A stretch of DNA of 64,000 nucleotides from Octopus bimaculoides (lineage: Eukaryota): the NCBI RefSeq assembly GCF_001194135.2, contig NC_068982.1:49891940-49955939 (forward strand), given 5' to 3'. Positions 39,005 to 50,036 of the stretch are shown here, piece after piece (position 1 is the first letter of the stretch; each line of letters begins with the position of its first letter). Under the pieces are notes generated by a model. The model did no database searches and was not told the DNA's origin. It was given only the letters and a program-made list of their open reading frames with translations. The translations under genes were made by a program, and so were the position numbers.

Positions 39005-39725
39005 GTATGTGTTTGTCAGTGTGTGTGTGTATGTGCGTGTGTGTGTGTATGTGCGTGTGTGTGTGTATGCAAGTGTGTGAGTATGTGCAAGTATATGGTG
39101 TCCATGTGCAAGGCGTGAGTGTGTGTGTGTATGTGCAAGGGAGTGAGTGTGTATGAGTGCAAGTGTATGTATGTGTGTGTGCATGTGTGTGTGTGTGCAT
39201 GTGTGTGTGTGCATGTGTGTGTGTGCATGTGTGTGTGTGTGTGTGTGTGTGTGGTTGTGCAAATGTGTGTGTGTGTGTGTGTGAGAGAAAGTGTTTGTGT
39301 GTGTAGCCACTGTGTGTGTGTGTGCGCATACATGCATGCACGCATGTGTACAAGTGTATGTGCCTGCATGCAAGTACGTGTGTTTGTGTATGAGTGCAAG
39401 TGTGTGTATGTGCGTGTGTGGTTGTGCAAATGTGTGTGTATGTGTGAGAGAAAGTGTTTGTTTGTGTATGTGTAAGTGTAAATGTCACTGTGTGTGTGTG
39501 TGTGTGTGCATGCATGCATGCATGTGTACAAATGTATGTGCCTGCATGCAAGTATATGTGTGTTTGTGTTTGAATGCAAGTGTGTGTATGTGTAAGTGCA
39601 AGTGTGAGCAAGTATCCGTATGTGTATGAGGGGGGATGAGTGTAGTTGTGCATGCATACATGTGACTATGTATATGTGCATGCATACAAGTACATGTATA
39701 TGTGCACATGTCAGTCTGTGTGTAC
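39005..39725. repeat. Long (TG)n-derived compound minisatellite with a higher-order unit of about 168 bp
   Basis: gtggttgtgcaaatgtgtg..gagagaaagtgtttg..cactgtgtg..catgtgtacaa..gcctgcatgcaagta recurs at about 39251 and 39419. Confidence 0.8.
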
Positions 39726-39900
39726 CTACATGAATAGAGATTTTTATTCACACAAGGCTTTTAGAGGACTCATCTTCTATGGAGAAATAAAAACCTTCCT
39801 AGAGTGATGAAGATTTTGTACAAAGCCAATTTCATAGTGATTTGTGTATAATACCAACTTGGCTGGTGTTTTCCTTCTGAATTTATCTAATTTATTGACC

Positions 39901-40306
39901 AGGTATGGCTGTGTGGTAAGAAGCTCGCTTCCCAACCACATGGTTCCAAGTTCAATCCCATTGCATGACACCTTGGGTAAGTGTCTTCTACTATAGCCTT
40001 GGGCCGACCAAAGCATTGTGAGTGGATGTGGTAGATGGAAACTAAAAGAAGCCTGTCGTATATATAAGTATATATTTATACACACACACATACACATATT
40101 TGCGTGTTTGTGTCTGTGTTTGTCTCCCAACACCATCACTTGACAACTGACATTAGTGTGTTTATGTCCCAGTAACTTAAGGGTTACAAGGGTTCAACTA
40201 GGCTTACAAAGAATAAGTCCTGGGGTCAATTTGTTCAACTAAAACCCCTTAAAGTGGTGCTCCCAAATGACCGCAGTCAAATGACTGAAACAAATAAAAG
40301 AATAAG
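39901..40306 (+). mobile_element. tRNA-headed SINE family A (full-length representative; CORE-like body, internal TA/TG microsatellite)
   Basis: A box tggctgtgtgg, B box ggttc(c)aagttcaatcc, body accttgggtaagtgtcttc, tail gcagtcaaatgactgaaac. Other copies at about 15270-15635, 31436-31795, 53205-53675 and 59300-59700 (all minus), plus many halves. Confidence 0.8.
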
Positions 40307-40479
40307 CTAAACTGAAAAGGATCTCTTCTATTTTTCTATCTTTTACTTGTTTCAGTCATTAAACTTGCAGTTATGCTGGGACACAGCCTTGACAGGTTTA
40401 ATCAAATAAATCAACCTCAGTATTTACTTTTAACATCTGGTATTTATTCCATTGGTCTAATATGCTGAACTGCTATGTC

Positions 40480-41233
40480 ATGGCTACTACGGCTGAGCAG
40501 CAAGAAGGAAGTCACTTCTTCAACTAGCCAATATCAAGTGGAGAAAAGAATGGGCCAGTGAGATGGTGGAGAGGTCACTAGCACTTTGGTACACTGTCAT
40601 ATTCTTTAATGAGTCTCAATTTGTTGTATTTTCTGATAGCAGTCAAGTGTGAGTCTGGCAACTCTGTGATCAAGAATTTGATGTGAAAAGATTGCAGCCA
40701 ACAATGAAACACAGTATACTTCTAGAGGGTAAATTGAAGCAATGGTTGATCAGAGCTGGTGGAGTGTGAGGGAAACACAGACTCAGATATGTGTCCATAT
40801 TTCAGAAAGGACTCCTTCCAATCTGGTGGAATGATTAAAGAAAACTCTTAATTTATGGAAGCTAAAAAGACCCAAGATTGGTTGAAAGAAAATAGCATTC
40901 AAAAGCTTCCATGACCAAGCCAGTCACCAGATAGGAACAACTCTGGGGCATAATGGACAGGACACTTCATAAAACGAACAAGAAAGCATCCTCAAACCCA
41001 GATCTTTTGTGATTACTGCATGAAACTTGACAAGAAATTCCTCAAGAGAATATTTGTCAGCTGATCAGTAGCATGCCTAATAGGGTCCTTGCATTGAAAA
41101 ATGCAAAGGGCATGTCTACTGAATATTAGATATTGACATTATAATAATTAATAAATAGTTTGAACGTATAATTTCAAATTTAAATAAATTTTAACGATTA
41201 TAAGGGTGTCTATTTATTTCTGTCATGTTTGTG
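40480..41233 (+). mobile_element. Degenerate Tc1-like (DD34E) transposon, 3' part
   Basis: ARRKSLL...W..VIFFNESQF, LP*PSQSPD and ISSMPNRVLALKNAKGMSTEY*. Ends in a TIR-like sequence ..gtttgtg followed by TA. Confidence 0.8.
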
Positions 41234-42248
41234 TATATATATAAATGATGGGCCTCCACACAGTCGCCATCTACCAAATTCTCTCACAAGGCATTGGCTG
41301 GTCTGGGGTTATAGTTGCAGACACTTGCCCAAGGTACCACATAGTGGGACTGAACCTGAAATTTTATGGTTGGAAAGTGAGCTTCTAAACCACAGAGCCA
41401 TATCTGGAAGAAAAAAAAACAATTCTCCAAACACTGTAGAGCTCACCTGGAGCACAAATAAACAGAGACGATCTGGGTCCAAGAGAAACCAGACATTGTA
41501 TGCAACAGAGAAGACAGTGCAAGTATAAGCATTAGTAGTGGATGTAAGATGCTCTTTGTTTACAATAATGCTGAACACCTGAAGTGGTTGGAAATTGTAG
41601 GAAAAGGAGATCTTGGAAAATGTAGATGAAGTGATGAAGATTGATCATGTAGGAAGTAATGCAACCTTTCTACAGTTAATGACTTGTAGGGAGACCATAT
41701 TTCATTATGCAACCACAGTATACTTCGAAGTTTTTAAATGCTTTGTAAGTCAATAGTGTTCTGCTGTGTTAGCAGTGCTATTAAATCAATTGTGACTTTC
41801 TAGAGTTAGTGCCATGATAAAATGCACTTGATACACTTTGTTAAGTGACTGGCAAATGAACAAAGAGACAACAAAGTACAGAGAGTAATCACTAGTCTTA
41901 CCCTTCTTAAAGACAACTTTTCTAGTGCTGGTGCCACAGTAAAATGCATTCAGAACATTCAATAGAAAGAACATCCATAGAAACCATGCTAAATATTGAG
42001 AGTATGAGTGAATGAGACATGGTCCTTTGGCACATCTAGGAGAATAGAAACTCCAAATAAGAACTGACTCACATTCTAATTGCTCTTACAACCCATACCA
42101 ACATGGAAAGCCGGTGTTAAAAGGGTAATAATTAGGGTGATGATATATAATTTTAGATATACATACGTATACACACGCACATACACGCATACATGTGTGC
42201 ATGCATGTAAGTATATATGTATGTACGTATGTACATGTATTGTTTTGA

Positions 42249-42280
<32 letters not shown>

Positions 42281-42589
42281 AGGCAGATTTACCAAACATT
42301 ATATAGCATGTAGAAACAGGCATAACAATCATAATTCAGACACACACATCATATGCACGTAGTTTGAGAACTAAATTATTATTATTATTATTAACATTCA
42401 CATTCCTAGAACTGGTTAACGCTTTCATGAACAAAAAGAGAAAAAAATAGCAGTATTATACGGAATAGTATTTTTTTTTGTTTTTGTTTTTTTACATTTT
42501 AAAACAATATTCCTCAACAGAAAGCTTAGAGTATTATTTGTATTGTTGTAATAGTTAATTCATAGAATTATAAAAAAATAAAACTCAAT

Positions 42590-42634
<45 letters not shown>

Positions 42635-43482
42635 GTCTTGCCTAATCAAGTTAACTGGATGGTAATGAAAGCATTTCTTCAGAGTGGAAAAGAAACAGCA
42701 GGAATGCAAGTCAGAAGTATAAAAAGCAAAAACGTATCAAAAAGAAAAATTCTAGGTCACGTCTCAGTGAATCTGTTCGAATTATTACATTATATATTGA
42801 CTGCATCTATTATGAAATGAACAATTCAATTGGTTAGAATCAGCTGAGAAAATAACAATCATACATACTGATATATTGACGATGAGTGATTTTGATACAG
42901 TTGATAAATCAATAACGAGAGAGATTAAGCTATAATGTTCAATAGGATATGGTTTGGCATGAACTTTTCAGCAAGCATTATGAAATTTGCAGGTAGGGGA
43001 ATTACAATTAGAATTCAATTACAGCCTAAAAACATTTGATATAGCAGCAGATTTCTATGAAATCAAAAGCAGAAATGTCTTTCAGTTTCTTCTATTTACA
43101 TGCTTTATTGTTCCCGATATCCATGCAACAATTAAATTTGGCAGCCAAATTATTGTCTATATCTGTAACATATCTCCCGAATACAAATCCATAGTAAGCA
43201 ATAATGGTTCGCTTATTTTTATGTATGTAATAATCAAAGAGTTGTGTGCTCTAACAAAACGGAAAGTAGAATTTTTGTCTGAATATTCGCCTTTGTGTAT
43301 ATTTTCTAAACAAACTCAGCAATTTAATCAAGAAGACAATCCAGCTCCATAAAGAATAGGTGTAGTTTCAAACTTCCAAATAAAATGTCGAAATCTGACC
43401 AATAATACCTACTCCTTTTGTAAGGAAACAAGCAGGAATGTAAATTATAATATCTGTATTATCGTTATTGTTGTTGTTGCTA

Positions 43483-43682
43483 AGGTAGTGAGCTGGTAGA
43501 ATCATTAGCATACCAGATAAAATGCTTAGCAGTATTTCATCCATCTTTCAAATTCTGCCAAGTTCGACCCCCTTTAAATCCTTTTGAGGTCAATGAAGTA
43601 AGTACCAGTTGAGCACTGAGGTCAATGTAATCAACTAGTCTCTTCCTCAAACATTTCAGGCCTTGTGCCTATAGTAGAAAGG

Positions 43683-43720
<38 letters not shown>

Positions 43721-44120
43721 CACTACATTATGTGTTCAAATTCCACTGAGATCGACTTTACCTTTCATTCTTTCAAAGTCAATAAAGTAAGTACCAGTTT
43801 AACACTGGGGTTAATATAATCAACTCATCTCCTCCCCCAAAATTGCTGCCCTTATGGCAAAATTTGAAACCATTATTATTATTATTATTATTATTATATT
43901 ATTATTATTATTATTATTGATATTATTAAGGTGACAAGCTGACAGAATCATTACGCATGCCAGATAAAATGCTTTAAATTCTGAGATCAAATTCTGCTGA
44001 AGTCAACTTTGACTTTCATCCTTTTGGGTGTCAATAAAATAAGTATCAGTTGAACACTGGGGTCAATGTAACAAACTTTCCACTCCCCACAAAATTCCTG
44101 ACCATGTGCCAAAATTAGAA
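43483..44120 (+). mobile_element. Three head-to-tail SINE family B copies separated by (ATT)n
   Basis: The family B body occurs at about 43483, 43720 and 43928 with ATT tracts between. Confidence 0.75.
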
Positions 44121-44806
44121 ATCATTATCATTATTATTATTATTATCATCATTATCATTATTATTATTAAGTATGAATTAAAAAAGTTTGTCAAAGAGCA
44201 AATTCTATTTCTTATAAGCTGCTGAAAGTTGTTTGGGTTTAACATGTAATCAATCATACAATGAAATTTCATTATCATTGTCATGAAAAAAATAAAATGT
44301 AACACACTAGGAAATTCAATGCTGCAAAACAATATTAAAGTTAAGAAAATGGCAGCTGTAAGCTATTGATGAGAACATTCAAATAACTGTGACCTGCTGA
44401 GCGACTCACACGCACACCGTAAGATTGGTGACACTTCATATTGTCTTATGTGAGACATCACAAAAAAAAAGTATATTGAGAAGTGATGGTATATTGGGAA
44501 TATTAGAATGAGATGATTAGGTGTGGCAATTTGGATGATCGTGATTTGGCACAGATGATTGGACATTCAATCTGTTTTGGCAACAGTAAGTGTTGGTACT
44601 CAAGACAAATACACACACACACACATACCATGCACAGGCATGTGGGAACATAAACATAAAAAGAGTGAAAGATGACATTACAGTTTATTGATTGAACAGG
44701 ATTCATATGCATAAACAGAAATATTCTCACATACAGGCACACACGCACAAATATATACATATATAACGAAGGCAGTTACACACAATATAAAACCAAAAAA
44801 GGAAGA

Positions 44807-45089
44807 ATTCAATTGTCACTAACTGTGACTGAGGGTGCCAGGTAGCACCTATATTGCTAGAAATAAGAGTTAAAAACCATTAGTGCTGCAAGAAAGCACT
44901 ACTAATGAGCTTGTAATTTTCAAGCAAAACTAATCTAGTAAAGTGATCTAGCTTTGCTGTGGGACAGTTATCTCCAACTGTCAGTATATGAAAAATTTGC
45001 TTTCTTCTGGTTCTAAGGATTTTGAACTCTCATTTCTAGCAATACAGGTGCTACCTGGCACCCTCAGTCACAATTAATGACAATTGAAT
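44807..45089. mobile_element. 283-bp MITE with TIRs of about 72 bp
   Basis: Arms 44807-44878 and 45017-45089 are about 90% complementary. Confidence 0.8.
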
Positions 45090-45717
45090 ATATATATATA
45101 TATACATAATTGAGATTCAGTTGAATTAGGTACTTAAGTTGAAGCACCAAGTCAGTCCAGTATTATCTGCACGGCTCGAAGTAAGGTGAATCAAATCAAA
45201 ATAAGCAACAGGATATCAAGTAGTGATGCAGTACAACTGCTTCAAGTGGCTCCATTTAATTGAACAATGCATTATTATGAATTTTGACTGAACAGATGGA
45301 GCCTCGAAACAAAAAGTTGCATGGGGGCCTCTAAAAGTCATGTGACATCCCTGTGCAGTAGCCATGTATCTCCCTCACTGCATGACACCTATTATACATC
45401 CTCTATTCATACTCTAATCTCTCATCTCTCATCTCCTGGCACAAAACTCCTCCTTCAATACTGCTCCCCACTTAGCTGTAAATCATTGTTGCTGGTACCA
45501 CATAAAAAAGCACTATCTTCTAAATCATTGTTACTGGTACCACATAAATTTTATTTTTTATATAAACAGTTACGACACAGAAAAAGGATACACTTAAGCA
45601 ATGGAAATGAAGGAAATAATTTCAATATTTTAGTTATGGAAGTTTATATCTTTTAAATTTTATTCCTCTCCACTCCAAAAGAGAAAAAAAAAAAGAGTTT
45701 TGAATTGAGTCAAATAC

Positions 45718-45912
45718 CTTTGCTTTTCCATTGAAAACAACAAGAATTGAATTTGATGGATTGCTAGCATTTTTGACAGTTACATTTTCAGGAAGAACAG
45801 GGATGATTTTGCCGGATGTATCATAAAGCTGAATTTCAGTAAGTCCAATTCTTTTATTGTGACCCCAGTTTGACAAAAGTTCCAACCGAACTTTCCGATG
45901 AGGATGGAAAGC
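45718..45912 (-). CDS. KATNIP: KATNIP exon (195 nt), start of DUF4457 domain: AFHPHRKVRLELLSNWGHNKRIGLTEIQLYDTSGKIIPVLPENVTVKNASNPSNSILVVFNGKAK
   Basis: Carries the KIAA0556/DUF4457 signature (L/M)E(I/L)LSNWG..(V/I)GLTE(V/I). Acceptor ttacattttctag|, donor AAG|gtattt, phase 0 to 0. Confidence 0.93.
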
Positions 45913-47976
45913 CTAGAAAATGTAAGATATTGGAAATAAGATTCAACAAAAGCAATTGGAAGAAACTGAAATACAACATTATGAAAAAAATAAATCTTAT
46001 AGTGCATACAAAACATATTTCTATCTGAGAAGCAAATCTATTATTGATCATCGTTTAGTTTTATATTGCATATGTGATTTTCTGTTGTCATAGTTTGGGA
46101 AAGAAAGTGTCTGATGGACAGAGTGATAAACAAAGACGTCAAACAAAAAGTATATGGCAATAGGGTTCTTGAAATATAAAAATTTGAAAAAAATTGGTCA
46201 TAAGTTTCATATGTCAAAAATGTCATATTGTATTGCAACGAAATATTAACAGAGAAGACTTTCAAAATGTAAAAATAAAAATAAATAAATTAAAAATATG
46301 TAAATAAAATAAATATACAAAAAAAAACAGGCTAAGTTTAGTTTTCATGTTGAACACACTGAATTCTGAGAATGCATGCTGGAAAACTAAGAAAACATTT
46401 TAGAATAAGAAGCACCAACTGTTGCATTTGAACAATAAGGAGGTGATAGTGATAGTGAAAAAAATGCAGTTTTAAGAAAGAAAACATGAAATGAGCAAGT
46501 TTGATCCCACCTACAAGAGTTATGAGTAATACAAAATAGATAGAAAGGAAATAATAGAACAACTGAAGGCTGTCAACAAGACTTAAATGATTTTCTCCAA
46601 GAAGTGTTGGCAATAATCATATTTCATAAGCATCACAATCAAGTTCCAGAATTTGGATTGCTATTAAGACAATGAAGGTAATAAAAAGAATGTGACAAAT
46701 GGTTTTAGGTAACACCTTTAATTTTCTAGCAATATTTTAAACATTTTCCACTGTTTTCTATTCATTGTTTTTTATCAGGTTCAGCTTGCACTCTTTTACT
46801 TGTTTCAGTCATTTGACTGCGGCCATGCTGGAGCACCGCCTTTAGTCGAAGAAATCAACCTCAGGTTTGTTACAAATGATGGATTTTTGCAATTTGTTTC
46901 CAATCTTTTGTGGCTTCATTGGCATCATCATCATCATCATCATCATCATCCTTTTATTGTCAATTTTTCCATGCTTGCACAGGTAAGACAGAATTTGTTG
47001 AAGTAGATTTTTCTATGGCCAGATACTCTTCCAGATGCTTGCCAACCTTAACCTGCTTCCGAGTAAGGTAACATTTCTCCTCAACCAGACATGTTTTCAT
47101 GGAAGACAGGAAACAAATTGACACTGCTTGTATGACGGTGACGCTCACTTACAACTCTCATGCAAAGTGAAGGCAGTGAAACAATAACACACACACACAC
47201 ACACCTACAAACACAAACATCTATTAAAATAACTACATCTCTGATCAATTACTGCCTCATGCAAAGGTCAAATACAACTCACATTACAGCACTGATCACA
47301 CATCAGACATAGTTCTGCTACTCATACAAACATTCACTATTACACCCAGTATCAACTGCTTTGATCTCACTATTCTAACAAGGCCTGCAAATGTCATGAT
47401 TTTTCTTCCACTCAAGTAAAAAGGTAAAAAAAAACATCTGCCCTGTGCTTACTGGCTCGTGAAGTAAATGCTAACATAAATTTTCAAAGCATTTTGTGCT
47501 GAGAGTACAAGACACCACACCTTTAAATGTGATGCAAGCCAGTCACACACATAACCCTTTAACATTAGTGACCATATCACACCCAAATATCTGCTTGGTT
47601 TATGTTCAAACTTGCCAGACGCCAGAGCAGGCCTCTCACACTTACCCTACAATGTCATTCGAAAATTAAGCAATCACATCATTGAAATCTCAAAGCAACA
47701 GGATAATGTGTGATTAATTGATTCAAAACAATGTGAATAAATAAACATTAGATTTGATTGAGTAATCTAAATGCTAAAAGGATGACCCTAAGGCATCATT
47801 AGTACTTAATTCCAGCTGCATGTACTAGAACAACATGAAATGAAATGGCTGGCTCAAAGACACAATGTATTAATCACCCAGTCCAAGAATCGAACCTACA
47901 ACATATTATGATGTCCACTAACCACTAGTCAACACTTTTTTACTCCTTCTAAATACAGTTCTATATTTAAGAGATG

Positions 47977-48416
47977 AGGAATTATGTACATTATTTACAT
48001 TTGATGGATATTTGTCCTCTTCTTGATTCGGCTGATATACGCTCCAACCTTCATCAAGTGTCTTGGGGGAATTTTGAACGTGGGTATAAAAGATGGGCTA
48101 CAGCAAATATTCTGCTCACTACCACAGGTTTGCTTGTCAGTTGTTTGACCATAACCAGTTGAGCATGTCCCTTGGTGGCTGACGATATGTGCATGTCTGA
48201 TCACGAGCAGAAGTAGTTGGGGAGCATCATACCAATATTATGTTGAGAGGGATTTGGATAATTCACCTTTGGAATACTTTAGGAATGAGAACCCAGGTTC
48301 GAAATTTCCCCAAAACACCTGATGAAGGCTGGAGGGTTTATCAGCCGAAACATTGTTAACAACGAATAAGATTACGACAAATATCCGTCAAATGCAAATA
48401 ATGTAAATAATGTCCT
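47977..48416. repeat. Inverted repeat: arms 47977-48084 and 48292-48416, each containing a hammerhead-like motif
   Basis: The reverse complement of the right arm aligns with the left arm (roughly 80-85% by eye, one deletion of about 10 nt). Confidence 0.8.
48314..48360 (+). ncRNA. Degenerate hammerhead ribozyme motif
   Basis: AACAC-CUGAUGA-A-GGCUG(10-nt loop)CAGCC-GAAAC-AUUGUU. Core and stem II are intact with one extra A after A9, but stems I and III do not close. Confidence 0.5.
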
Positions 48417-48438
48417 ACTAAATAGTAATAATAATAAT

Positions 48439-48954
48439 ATGGCTTCTGATCTTAACTGATTGGAAATGTTATCATGTACATTGTTTTGTCTAGGTATAAA
48501 AGATGGGTTACAGCAAATATTCTGCTCAATACCACGGGTTTGCTTGTCAGTTGTTTAACCATAACCAGTTGAGCATGTCCCTTGGTGACTGACGATATGT
48601 GCATTTCTGATCACAAGCAGAAGTAGTTGGGGGAACACCATACCAATGTGTTGAGAGTGGCTTGGATAATTCACCTTTGGATACATGGGTGTTTCATTCA
48701 ACATCCTTAAACAACCAATATTCAAGGACCTTTTGAGCAGGATGGGCTACTCGACTTGAAAAATATTCTAACTGGGCCCCATTTGCAAGGTTGTGCACTG
48801 TTTATCGTGATATGAGATCACCATGTCACACACATATGGTTGTGATGCATGTGCCTAGTGTACTCTTATCAGATGGGTAGTCATGATGGGAATACTGGGC
48901 TTCATATATTTTACCCCAATATCACTTTGATGGCATGCACTGCTCTCTCACTCA
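48439..48954. mobile_element. About 515-bp non-coding interspersed element inserted in a (TAA)n array; possible non-autonomous retroelement
   Basis: Flanked by TAA repeats on both sides, has no ORF, and its internal part is duplicated at 48081-48275. Confidence 0.5.
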
Positions 48955-48965
48955 ATAATAATAAT

Positions 48966-49160
48966 AGTTCCTTAAAATTTGAAATAGGAAGAATTTTGAG
49001 TATGAGAACTATCAAGATTGTGCCTATAATATTTGGTGTGTTGGGAACAGCTAGCAAAGATATAGACAAATGGCTGAAGGAGAGGGTTCCTACAGAAAGT
49101 TTGTCCCTTAGGGTCAGCAAGGATTATCAGGAGGGTTCTAAGCATTTGAAAGACTACTGA
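48966..49160 (+). mobile_element. R4/Dong RLE C-terminal fragment (further pieces at about 49380-49670 and 19990-20100)
   Basis: LKFEIGRILSMRTIKIVPIIFGVLGT; YEHHPEPVIEGKNVTIFWNF at about 49450. Confidence 0.7.
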
Positions 49161-49331
49161 AGCATCAACCTCAGTGCTTGACTGGTTCTTGTTTTATGGG
49201 CCCCAAAAGGGTGAAAGGCAAAGCTGACTTAGGTGGAATTTGAACTCAGAACATAAAAATGGACAAAATGTTGCTAAGCATTTTACCCAGTGTGCTAATG
49301 ATTCTGCCAGCTCGCCACCTTGATGATGATG

Positions 49332-49365
<34 letters not shown>

Positions 49366-49671
49366 AAATACAAAAATTGCCATGTTAAGGTAGGTCAGTA
49401 TTTGGAAAATTGGAAAATATGTGAACACTACAAAATCAGCACTCCTGCTTACTGGTATGAACATCATCCTGAGCCAGTCATTGAAGGTAAAAATGTCACT
49501 ATCTTCTGGAATTTTCCAGACAACACTACTGCCCCTGCCACTTCCCCTCCCCAAGCTTTCAGTCAAACTATAACATCTCTTATCCTTCACTTGCCCCAGG
49601 ACACTGGGTGTGTCTCGGCAAGTGATTGTAACAAACATGCAGATTTAAAGTAAATATAATAATTAATAATA

Positions 49672-50036
49672 ACAAGAGCACTCAGAGAGCGCAAACCTCA
49701 ATCAAGGCAACACCAACATCCTCTCAATGATTAGCCAGAGATGATTTTTAAAATAATGAAAATATCTGAAATAAACTCGACTGCTCTCACAAACGAGAAT
49801 ACTAAAAATGAACCGGACTGCTCTCAAAAATTAAGTAAAAAAAAAAGGAAAATAATCCAGAAACCTTGTCTGGTACTGGATCAATCCCAAAATCTAATCA
49901 GTTCATGCCAGTCACAAGGTCAAACATCCCTGAAAGTTTCATCCAAATACATCCAGTGGTTCTTGAGATATCTTGTCCAAAGACAAACAAACGAACGTAA
50001 CTGAAAACAATACCTCTGCCTTTGCTAAGGTGGTTG
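49672..50036 (+). mobile_element. Helentron/DINE-1-like non-autonomous element (copy 2)
   Basis: Same 5' end. The 3' end has a degenerate hairpin acctctgcc-tttgctaa-ggtggt related to the 5' subterminal motif, after a (caaa)n tract. Confidence 0.5.

Noticed and set aside
39901-39980. tRNA genes
   Set aside because: The tRNA-like A/B boxes belong to SINE heads; no complete cloverleaf with an acceptor stem was found.
42987-43352. 121-aa plus-strand ORF in non-repeat-looking sequence
   Set aside because: TTG start, composition explainable by AT bias, no recognisable motif in any frame. A BLASTX/tBLASTn search would be needed to rescue it.
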